A DNA stretch of 32,000 nucleotides, taken from Candidatus Omnitrophota bacterium. Lineage in GTDB: Bacteria > Omnitrophota > Gorgyraeia > Zapsychrales > JANLHA01. Made by a program: the position numbers and the translations under genes. Location: positions 1,800,001 to 1,832,000 of the forward strand of contig OY759724.1 of assembly GCA_963662715.1 (NCBI GenBank), written 5' to 3'. The notes below the pieces were generated by a model. The model ran no database searches, was not told the origin of the DNA, and saw only the letters and a list, made by a program, of their open reading frames with translations. This document shows positions 8,579 to 15,799 of the stretch, piece by piece (positions within the stretch are counted from its first letter, which is position 1; every line of letters starts with the position of its first letter).

Positions 8579-10297
8579 TTGTCAGATATGTCACAACCAC
8601 TTAAGACAAAGATTATTCAAACGCTGATAGAGTCGCTCAATATTAAAAAAGAGGACCTGAACGAGGCGATGGAGCTGCAGAAAAGCAAGAACATCAGCCT
8701 GGACAGGGCTTTGATTGAGAAAGGCCTTATCAAAGAAGAAGACCTGATGGTCCTGCTTGTCCGGGAACTTCATATCCCTTTTATTAATTTAAAAAAATAC
8801 AAGATCGACCTTTCTTTAAAAGAGGTTATCCCCGAACGGGTCGCCCGGCAATACCGTATAATTCCTCTTTCCCAAATGGAAAAGACTATTACGATTGCGA
8901 TGTCTGATCCCTTAAATATCTTTGCCATTGATGATCTCAAGAATCTGACGGGCAAGGATGTGGACGTTGTCATGAGCACGGAATCAGATATTATGAATAC
9001 GATCGAAAGTTATTATGGCGGGAAGATTTCCAGTTCGGTCCAGGACGTCAGTAAGGATATCGACGTGGGGGGGCTGGAAATTATTTCTGACAGTGAGCTG
9101 ATTGAGGGTGCGGAGATCGCCGCTGATGAAGGGGAGCAGGCGCCCATTATCCGGCTTGTGAACCTTGTCATCCGGGAAGCCATAAAACAGCGGGCTTCGG
9201 ATATTCATATCGAGCCGATGCTCGACAGCATGCGCGTCCGTTACCGTATCGACGGGACTCTTGTGAACGCCATGAAAATCCCCAAAGACAATCAAAATGC
9301 CATTATCGTCCGTGTCAAGATCATGTCCCGCCTGGATATTACGGCCACCCAGGTGCCGCAGGACGGCCGTTTTAAAATGCGGGTCGCCAACCAGGAAGTG
9401 GATTTCCGCGTGTCTCTTTTGCCGACGACTTTCGGGCAGAAAATTGTCATGCGCGTCCTTGATAAAAAGAATCTGCGTGTCGGGCTGGACGGTCTTGGTT
9501 TCTCAGAGGCGTCGATCGAGAAGCTTAAAGATGCCATTGCGCAACCTTTTGGCATGATCCTCGTGACAGGTCCTACGGGGAGCGGGAAATCGACAACCCT
9601 GTATTCGATTATCAATGAGTTGAATCAGGTTGATAAGAATATTATTACTGTCGAAGACCCGGTTGAATATGTCGTTGATGGTTTGACGCAGATTCAGGTT
9701 AAAGCGGATATCGGATTGACTTTCGCGGAAGGCTTAAAGGCGATCCTCCGGCAGAGTCCGGATATTGTTATGGTCGGGGAAATCCGTGATTTTGAGACGG
9801 CGGACATCGCTATTAAGGCGTCGTTAACGGGGCAAATGGTTTACTCGACGCTGCATACCAATGATGCTCCGGGGGCGTTAACGCGTTTGGTTGATATGGG
9901 CGTAGAGCCTTTTTTGGTGTCCTCGAGTCTGGTGCTGGTCTGCGCACAAAGACTTTGCCGTAAAATATGCCGGCACTGTAAAGAACCTGTCACGATCCCG
10001 GATAAAGTTTTGCAGGAGTTGGGCATCCCGGTGAAAAAAGGACAGATTTTTTATCAGGGAAAAGGTTGCGATGGCTGCCGGCAAACAGGTTTTTTCGGAA
10101 GAATAGGCGTTACAGAAATGATGCCGTTGGACGATCATATCCGGGAGCTGCTGATTATGGGGAAGTCTTCCGATGAAATTAAGAACTATGCCAGGGAAAA
10201 AATGGGAATGCTGACATTGTGGGAAGACGGCGTGCAGAAATTTCTGCAGGGGGAGACAACATTGGATGAGGTCCTGAGGATCAGCTCCAGCGATTAA
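8579..10297 (+). CDS. pilB: type IV pilus / T2SS assembly ATPase, PilB/GspE family (paralog 2)
   Basis: Same architecture as paralog 1: GPTGSGKSTT, SPDIVMVGEIRD, STLHT, CRHC...CDGC. By eye about half of the core positions are identical to paralog 1. The start could be TTG 8579 or ATG 8588. Confidence 0.9.
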   Translation: MSDMSQPLKTKIIQTLIESLNIKKEDLNEAMELQKSKNISLDRALIEKGLIKEEDLMVLLVRELHIPFINLKKYKIDLSLKEVIPERVARQYRIIPLSQMEKTITIAMSDPLNIFAIDDLKNLTGKDVDVVMSTESDIMNTIESYYGGKISSSVQDVSKDIDVGGLEIISDSELIEGAEIAADEGEQAPIIRLVNLVIREAIKQRASDIHIEPMLDSMRVRYRIDGTLVNAMKIPKDNQNAIIVRVKIMSRLDITATQVPQDGRFKMRVANQEVDFRVSLLPTTFGQKIVMRVLDKKNLRVGLDGLGFSEASIEKLKDAIAQPFGMILVTGPTGSGKSTTLYSIINELNQVDKNIITVEDPVEYVVDGLTQIQVKADIGLTFAEGLKAILRQSPDIVMVGEIRDFETADIAIKASLTGQMVYSTLHTNDAPGALTRLVDMGVEPFLVSSSLVLVCAQRLCRKICRHCKEPVTIPDKVLQELGIPVKKGQIFYQGKGCDGCRQTGFFGRIGVTEMMPLDDHIRELLIMGKSSDEIKNYAREKMGMLTLWEDGVQKFLQGETTLDEVLRISSSD

Positions 10298-10483
10298 TAA
10301 TTATATTATCATTTATTGAAAATTTTTGGCAGCGGGCAGAAAAAATTTCTTATGCCGCAATGAAAATATGCCCGACGTCGTATCGAATTTTAAAAAAACA
10401 AAAAAATTCCATGAAAGACTTTTTATCTCCCCCAAAATGATGTTATATTATGGGTGGATGATTTTTACATAAGGACAGAAAAC

Positions 10484-11686
10484 ATGCCTACCTATAAATA
10501 CGTAGCAAAAGACCAGTCGGCGCGTAATGTCGTTGGCAAAATTAACGCCGAAAGTCAGTCGTCTGTCATCGAGGAGCTGAGAAAACGGCAGCTCACCATT
10601 ATCGATGTCAAAGAAGTAAAGTCGGGTACTTCCAAAGCCTATTTTGTCAGGAAATCCGTTAAGCCCGAAGATCTCGTCGTGTTCTCCCGGCAGTTATCGA
10701 CCATGGTGGACGCCGGCATCCCCATATTGCAGGCCCTGGATGCTTTGCAGGAACAGATCACACAAGCCTATTTCCAATCTGTGGTGATCGCGGTCCGTGA
10801 TGATATCCAGCTTGGCAGCAGTTTATCCGCCGCCTTTGCAAAACATCCCAAAGCGTTTGATACGCTCTTTGTTAATATGGTTAAAGTCGGTGAGACCGGC
10901 GGTGTTTTAAGCTCGATCCTGGACCGGATATCTTCTTACCTGGAAAAGACCTTAAAGTTGAAACGGAAAGTCAAATCCGCGTTAATATATCCCAGCGTTG
11001 TTATTTTTATGGCGGTTGTTATCACGGTTATTCTGCTTGTCAAAGTCGTCCCCACGTTTGCTTCCATTTATGATTCCTTCGACTCAGAGCTGCCGGCCAT
11101 GACCCAGATGCTGATCAATGTCAGTGACCTGCTTAAACATAATTTATTGTATTTGCTGGGAGGGCTGGTGCTGTTTGGGATCCTGGTGACACGGGGGTAT
11201 CACACCGATCGCGGTCGGGAAATTATTGATAGAGTGTCTTTACGCGTTCCTATCTTCGGCCCGCTCATCCGTAAAGTCGCCATCAGCCGTTTTAGCCGGA
11301 CGTTGGCGACGTTATTGCAGACGGGCGTCCCGATCCTGGAATCCCTGGATATCGTTGGCCGGACCAGCGGGAACCGGGTCGTAGAAAATGTTATCGTGAA
11401 TGTCAAAAATAACGTCCGGGAGGGGGAGAGTATCGCGACTCCTTTGGTGAAGAGCGGTGTGTTTCCTCCCATGGTGACGCGTATGATTTCTATCGGGGAA
11501 AAATCGGGCCAGTTGGAAAAAATGTTGGGTAAAATTGCTGATTTCTACGATGATCAAGTCGATGCTGCCGTTGCCGGTTTAACGAGTATTATTGAACCCC
11601 TCATCATTGGTTTTCTTGGTATTGTCGTTGGTTTTATTGTTATCGCGTTATTTTTGCCGATTATTAATATTACTCAGATTATTTAA
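10484..11686 (+). CDS. pilC: type IV pilus / T2SS inner-membrane platform protein PilC/GspF
   Basis: Two GspF-type repeats (FSRQLSTMVDAGIPILQAL and FSRTLATLLQTGVPILESL) and three TM segments. I use ATG 10484 (MPTYKY..., AAGGA 8 nt upstream) rather than the track GTG at 10454. Confidence 0.9.
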   Translation: MPTYKYVAKDQSARNVVGKINAESQSSVIEELRKRQLTIIDVKEVKSGTSKAYFVRKSVKPEDLVVFSRQLSTMVDAGIPILQALDALQEQITQAYFQSVVIAVRDDIQLGSSLSAAFAKHPKAFDTLFVNMVKVGETGGVLSSILDRISSYLEKTLKLKRKVKSALIYPSVVIFMAVVITVILLVKVVPTFASIYDSFDSELPAMTQMLINVSDLLKHNLLYLLGGLVLFGILVTRGYHTDRGREIIDRVSLRVPIFGPLIRKVAISRFSRTLATLLQTGVPILESLDIVGRTSGNRVVENVIVNVKNNVREGESIATPLVKSGVFPPMVTRMISIGEKSGQLEKMLGKIADFYDDQVDAAVAGLTSIIEPLIIGFLGIVVGFIVIALFLPIINITQII

Positions 11687-11720
11687 ACCCAGTGTTCCGT
11701 CTCTGGAATTTTCTTAAATT

Positions 11721-13295
11721 ATGGTTTTTACAAAAGAAAAGATTTTTGTTTGTTTTTTAAGCATTTCTCTGTTGTGTTTCCGTCTCCCCGGACTTTTCGC
11801 AGAAGAGGAGGCTCCCGCAGAGAAAATGCCTGCCGAACTGATGTTGGAGAACGCTATTGTTGATTTAAAGCAGACCATGAAAGACGCTATCCGGAAGAAT
11901 GAAGAGATTGAACAAAGAAATGGTGTGTTGCGTCAGGAGATTCTGAAGTATAAGGAGGACTTGCTCGAGCTGGAGAAGGAGAAAGACCAGTTCCTGGATG
12001 AACAGAGAATCCTGCAGGAAGCTTTGAGATTGCAGGAAGAGAAAAAGGACCTGTTGCTGAAAAAAACGGCGTCTCTGGCGGAAGAACAGAAATACCGGGC
12101 TGAAAAACAGGGGGATATGCAAAAGGAAATAGAGATTTTTATTAAAAAGCAGGATGCCTATCAGAAAGAAGCGGTTTTATTGGAGAACGAGGTGGATTTT
12201 TTTCGGAAGCAAGCCCGGAAAAAGGACCTGCAGGCTTTTTTGCGGGATAAGGATAGCAAAAGAAAAGAATTGGAAGAGCAAATAGCAGAAAAGGAAGAAA
12301 GTTTCAGGAAAAGAAAAGAGGATTTTCAGCGGGCGAAACAAAACATTGCTGAAGCATGCGATAAGAGAGACCGCCTTGAATCGGAAAAGGCAGAGAGGCA
12401 GCAGGCCATGGCTGAATTACATAATCAACGGGATAGTCTCGTGCGGGAGAAGGATGTTCTAGAAAAGCAGCGGGCGTCTTTTCAGACTAAAGAAGAAGCC
12501 CAGTTGCAGGCCTTTCAGGAAGACCTGGCCCGTCTGCGGTCCTATAAAGAACAATTGGAAAATGGTATTAACGATATGAAGGAAGCCCGGGAGCAGATAA
12601 AATATTCCTTTTCCCTGCAGGAAAAACAGTTCTCTGCTTTCAAAAAGTCGTTCGTTCAAGAGGCCGCTTTGCTGCAGAGGCAAAAAAGAGAATTGGAGAG
12701 TCTTGTCGCGTTGCAGAAAGCCATCTGCGATTTCTTACCCGAGGACAAGGCTTCGGACAGAGATATTTCCCTTGTCCGGGAATCTCTTCAGGATGAGATT
12801 CATAATACAAAGCTGGCCATTAAGAAGGCGCATATTTTTATTAGGGATTATCAAAAGCAGGAAAAAAAGCTTGTCCATGAAATCGCCCGCTTAGAAGCCA
12901 AGAAGAAACAGGTGGAGCGCCAGGCGTCAGAATCATCCGAGTCGGCCGAAGACATCAAAGAAGAGCTGACCCGTTTATTATCCGACGTTGAATTTGAAGA
13001 TGATGTTCCGGCCGAGGCTCCGGCAGCGGCCCGTGACGATAAAAGTCCTAAACCGCGTTCTGAGACAGACCGGACCGTAGAACGGGAAATTGAAGCTATG
13101 CAGTTAAGAGAGGCTGTTTTGTCGAATTCTTTGTCAATAATTCAGACACGTTATGAACAGGAAAAAGCGGTTGTCGATGATTTTCACAAGGAAGAAAAAG
13201 AACTTAAGGAATATTGGCAGGTTCTGCAGCAGGAGAATCGGGCCCTCCAGGAAAAAGTTTCCGGGCTTATTCAAGCCGTCGAAGCCGGCGAGTAG
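11721..13295 (+). CDS. secreted/periplasmic coiled-coil protein of unknown function embedded in the pilus cluster
   Basis: Long ORF with coding-like composition. Hydrophobic N-terminal signal-like segment (IFVCFLSISLLCFRLPGLFA|EEE), then about 480 aa of E/K/Q/R/L-rich heptad-like sequence and an acidic/proline linker (SESSESAED...PAEAPAAARDDKSPKP). I recognise no catalytic motif. Confidence 0.7.
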   Translation: MVFTKEKIFVCFLSISLLCFRLPGLFAEEEAPAEKMPAELMLENAIVDLKQTMKDAIRKNEEIEQRNGVLRQEILKYKEDLLELEKEKDQFLDEQRILQEALRLQEEKKDLLLKKTASLAEEQKYRAEKQGDMQKEIEIFIKKQDAYQKEAVLLENEVDFFRKQARKKDLQAFLRDKDSKRKELEEQIAEKEESFRKRKEDFQRAKQNIAEACDKRDRLESEKAERQQAMAELHNQRDSLVREKDVLEKQRASFQTKEEAQLQAFQEDLARLRSYKEQLENGINDMKEAREQIKYSFSLQEKQFSAFKKSFVQEAALLQRQKRELESLVALQKAICDFLPEDKASDRDISLVRESLQDEIHNTKLAIKKAHIFIRDYQKQEKKLVHEIARLEAKKKQVERQASESSESAEDIKEELTRLLSDVEFEDDVPAEAPAAARDDKSPKPRSETDRTVEREIEAMQLREAVLSNSLSIIQTRYEQEKAVVDDFHKEEKELKEYWQVLQQENRALQEKVSGLIQAVEAGE

Positions 13296-13353
13296 TATAA
13301 CTTATTTAATATTAAGTAGTAGCCGGGGGCAATGGCAGGAAATTTTCCCGGCC

Positions 13354-13383
13354 TTGACAAGGCCGTTTTGAGGATAGTATACT
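13354..13383 (+). promoter_or_regulatory. sigma70-type promoter (TTGACA-18-TATACT) driving the riboswitch leader
   Basis: TTGACA at 13354-13359, 18-nt spacer, TATACT at 13378-13383. The -35 lies inside the perfect palindrome GGCCTTGACAAGGCC (13350-13364). Confidence 0.6.
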
Positions 13384-13404
13384 TTCAGTAGGTTTAGACA
13401 ATTT

Positions 13405-13505
13405 GGAGATGTCAAAGGTAAACCATTCGTAAGGATGGGACACAAAGCTAGAGGGCCCTACCAGAGGGAGAGATATCCCCGGAGGGCAGCCAGTTGCCAT
13501 CAGAA
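13405..13505 (+). promoter_or_regulatory. c-di-GMP-I (GEMM-I)-like riboswitch aptamer
   Basis: AGGTAAACCATTCGTAAGGATGGGACACAAAGCT (13416-13449) resembles the 5' half of the V. cholerae Vc2 aptamer as I recall it (GGGCAAACCATTCGAAAGAGTGGGACGCAAAGCC), including a GNRA-capped hairpin. A GC-rich second helix follows, then a closing GGCAGCCAGTTGCC segment. TTGCC 13494-13498 can pair with GGTAA 13417-13421. The boundaries are approximate. Confidence 0.75.
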
Positions 13506-13531
13506 GGTTGTATTTACAAGGCAAAAACGAT

Positions 13532-13566
13532 AATCTGTCCATCTTACGAAGGACAGATTTTTTTTT
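13532..13566 (+). terminator. intrinsic terminator (riboswitch expression platform)
   Basis: AATCTGTCC (13532-13540) pairs with GGACAGATT (13551-13559). Inner T-A and C-G pairs leave a TTAC loop. A run of 9 T follows (13558-13566). Confidence 0.85.
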
Positions 13567-13753
13567 GGAATTGAATTGACAGTTAGAGGAACTATGTTAG
13601 CATGGAACTAAAGAAAAAGCCGACCTGTAAGCTAAGACAATGCCTCAGAGCAAGTTATGTGAACCGTCATTATTCGTATTTTTTGCTTTTGTTCTGTCAG
13701 GGTTGTTGATGGCTTGCGTGGTTAATCCGGGCTTGTGAAAGGAGGGAAAGAAA

Positions 13754-14146
13754 ATGAATAAGAAAGGTTTTACGCTCGTTGAAATCATGATCGTCGTCGC
13801 CATCATCGCCTTACTGGCAGCCATCGCTATTCCTAACTTGCTAAGAGCCAAGATCTCTGCTAATGATGCGTTGGCAAAGAGTACATTGCGTTCGCTGTCA
13901 ACAGCTTCCGAGACCTTCGCCACGGCAAATACGGGTAATTATCCTGTTGACATTACGTCTTTGACCGGCGCTACGCCGCCGTATATCAACACGGAATATT
14001 GTGCAACCACAGTGTCCGGTTTTAATTACTCCTGTACTTTTGACGCCAGTGGTGGACACTATACGTATACTGCAACTCCGGTAACTGTTGGAACATCAGG
14101 GACAACGACTTACACGATTACAACGGGAGGTATTTTAACTCCGTAG
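13754..14146 (+). CDS. prepilin with class III signal peptide (type IV pilin / GspG-like major pseudopilin)
   Basis: MNKKG|FTLVEIMIVVAIIALLAAIAIPNLL is a short basic leader, a G|F cleavage site, Glu at +5 and a hydrophobic helix. A GspG-like NTGNYP motif is present. A Cys pair (YCATTVSGFNYSC) and a T/G-rich C-terminus follow. GGAGG lies about 9 nt upstream. Confidence 0.9.
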   Translation: MNKKGFTLVEIMIVVAIIALLAAIAIPNLLRAKISANDALAKSTLRSLSTASETFATANTGNYPVDITSLTGATPPYINTEYCATTVSGFNYSCTFDASGGHYTYTATPVTVGTSGTTTYTITTGGILTP

Positions 14147-14174
14147 TTTTAGACAGCATGTGCGAAACAGCTTC

Positions 14175-14207
14175 TAGGGGGGGCCAGCATGGCCCCCCCT
14201 ATTTTTT
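14175..14207 (+). terminator. strong intrinsic terminator after the pilin gene
   Basis: TAGGGGGGGCC (14175-14185) pairs perfectly with GGCCCCCCCTA (14191-14201) around a 5-nt loop AGCAT. T6 follows (14202-14207). Confidence 0.9.
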
Positions 14208-14302
14208 GGAATCAATTGATGAGTAAGGGTTTAGGGGATATAAAGATTTGCTGTATGTTAAAAAAATTTTTTAACCAAAACACTGGGCTTTCAATTAAAA
14301 GG

Positions 14303-14311
14303 TGCTATAAT
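14303..14311 (+). promoter_or_regulatory. candidate extended -10 promoter (TGcTATAAT)
   Basis: TGC plus perfect TATAAT (14306-14311). The A7/T6 near-palindrome GTTAAAAAAATTTTTTAAC (14257-14275) sits where an UP element would. No good -35. Confidence 0.4.
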
Positions 14312-14331
14312 GCACCGATTAAGGAGGAAAT

Positions 14332-14466
14332 ATGAGGCCTCCCCCATTAAATACAGTTATTATTATTATACTTATACTCGGATTTATTGCCTTTGCCCGG
14401 TATCTTGTGATTGTTAACCAGGATATCCAGCAGCAAATCACTCTGGTCGGTCATACAGCGAGGTAA
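14332..14466 (+). CDS. unannotated 44-aa small membrane protein (hypothetical)
   Basis: Too short for the ORF track. AAGGAGG (14321-14327) lies 4 nt before the ATG. Translation is MRPPPLNTVIIIILILGFIAFARYLVIVNQDIQQQITLVGHTAR, with one clear TM helix. Stop TAA at 14464-14466. Confidence 0.4.
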   Translation: MRPPPLNTVIIIILILGFIAFARYLVIVNQDIQQQITLVGHTAR

Positions 14467-14598
14467 GACAGCAAGCGGGGGGCGTTGTCCTTAGTTCTTT
14501 TGCTTCCTAATGTTGAGATGCTGGTGGCGCATGTTTGATAGCTCAGGGCGGCAAGGTGAATTCCTAAAGAGATGATTGAAAAAAAAGCATATTGGGCT

Positions 14599-14627
14599 TT
14601 TAAATGGGGTATAGTTTTTGTTACAAT
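14599..14627 (+). promoter_or_regulatory. weak candidate promoter for pilMNOPQ (TTTAAA-17-TGtTACAAT)
   Basis: Extended -10-like TGTTACAAT (14619-14627) with a 4/6 -35 match at 14599-14604, about 78 nt upstream of pilM. Confidence 0.3.
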
Positions 14628-14704
14628 AGGGAATGTCTTAATTACTAGAAATAAATACTTTATAAGATTCTTCACTTTAACCGGATGTAAAAAGGTATTT
14701 CAAT

Positions 14705-15757
14705 ATGGCAGGTTTTCTTAAGCGTGTTATCCCGGAGCGGGCGGCAGTTCCGATGCTTGGTTTAGATATCGGGACCTATGCCTGCAAGGGCGTTAAAATG
14801 AAAAAAACGGGTTCCGGGTATACCTTATTAGACTGGGCCGTCGTTCCTGTAGAGGCGGGGGATCAGAAGAAAGCTATAAAACAGATAGTGCAAAAAATGT
14901 CAGCTGACCATATGGCTCCTTTAACGGCTGTCAACGGGAAAGGGACTCTTATCCGTTATATTGAACTGCCCCGTATGCCGCTGGCTGACTTGAAAAAATG
15001 TTTCGCCATAGAAGCTGATAAGTATTTTCCGTTTCCTTTAGACCGTATTTACACCGATTGCCATATTCTGGACACCACCCTGAAAGACAATAAAATGCTG
15101 GTCTTGGTCGCGGCATCCAAGAAAGAAATTGTTGATGACCGGGTGTCCCTGTTAACGGAATTAGGGTATCATCCTGATTTTATTTCACTTAATGCCGTAG
15201 CCATTTCTAACATTATTAATGTCCTGAACCCTAAGATGGATGAAAGTCCGGAAAAAACCGCAGACTCTGCCAATCACGCGGCTGTCGCTATTCTGGATAT
15301 CGGCGAGGTGGTCAGCAACTTAACGATTATGGCGCAGGGCATGCCTCTTTTCACCCGTGATGTCTTTATCGGAGGGCGGGATTTTACGAAAGCTTTAACA
15401 AATTCTTTAAGCCTGCGTTACGAAGAAGCAGAAAAACTTAAAGGGAATCCGGAGAAACAACTTGGGAAAGTCTTGGATGCCTGTGAATCTGTTATCATTA
15501 ACCTGGTGTCGGAATTGAGATTGTCGTTTGATTATTTCATGACGGAAAAGAATATCGGTATTACCTATTTGCTGCTTACCGGAGGGACATCCAAACTCGA
15601 AGGGATGGATAATATCATTGCCAAGAATTTGGATATTAAAGTCTCCCGGTGGAACCCCTTTCCCTGGGTGACCCTGGGAGAGAAGATCCAGGCGGAAGAG
15701 ATTGAAGGCCAGGCGCCGTTTTTGGCTGTCGCCCTGGGATTGGCCTTGTATTCTTGA
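14705..15757 (+). CDS. pilM: type IV pilus assembly protein PilM (actin-like ATPase fold)
   Basis: About 350 aa. LGLDIGTYACKGV N-terminal phosphate-1-like motif and LLLTGGTSKLEGM near the C-terminus. First gene of a pilMNOPQ-ordered block. Confidence 0.9.
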   Translation: MAGFLKRVIPERAAVPMLGLDIGTYACKGVKMKKTGSGYTLLDWAVVPVEAGDQKKAIKQIVQKMSADHMAPLTAVNGKGTLIRYIELPRMPLADLKKCFAIEADKYFPFPLDRIYTDCHILDTTLKDNKMLVLVAASKKEIVDDRVSLLTELGYHPDFISLNAVAISNIINVLNPKMDESPEKTADSANHAAVAILDIGEVVSNLTIMAQGMPLFTRDVFIGGRDFTKALTNSLSLRYEEAEKLKGNPEKQLGKVLDACESVIINLVSELRLSFDYFMTEKNIGITYLLLTGGTSKLEGMDNIIAKNLDIKVSRWNPFPWVTLGEKIQAEEIEGQAPFLAVALGLALYS

Positions 15758-15799
15758 CGCGGCCCGAGGCGGTAGGCATAACAAAAAGAATATTATAAA

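Noticed and set aside
13378-13566. The promoter-to-terminator unit of about 180 nt as a free-standing sRNA such as 6S RNA
   Set aside because: I found no long end-to-end closing helix with a central bubble. The internal sequence instead matches the GEMM-I aptamer pattern and sits upstream of a pilin gene. A dual role as a terminated sRNA cannot be excluded.
13710-13725. Sigma54 (-24/-12) promoter upstream of the pilin (TGGCTTGCGTGGTTAA)
   Set aside because: TGGC is present, but the -12 position lacks TTGC/GC at the required spacing. A second GG..GC candidate at 13604-13620 has a 13-nt gap instead of 10 nt.
13312-13923. Minus-strand ORFs of 76 aa (13312-13542) and 92 aa (13645-13923)
   Set aside because: The first overlaps the promoter, riboswitch and terminator, which are better explained as RNA elements. 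The second is the hydrophobic mirror image of the pilin N-terminal helix. Neither has start-site signals.
14451-14675. 74-aa minus-strand ORF in the pilin-pilM spacer
   Set aside because: It has no RBS, the composition is odd, and it would be the only minus-strand gene in 32 kb. The spacer is better explained by promoter and leader sequence.
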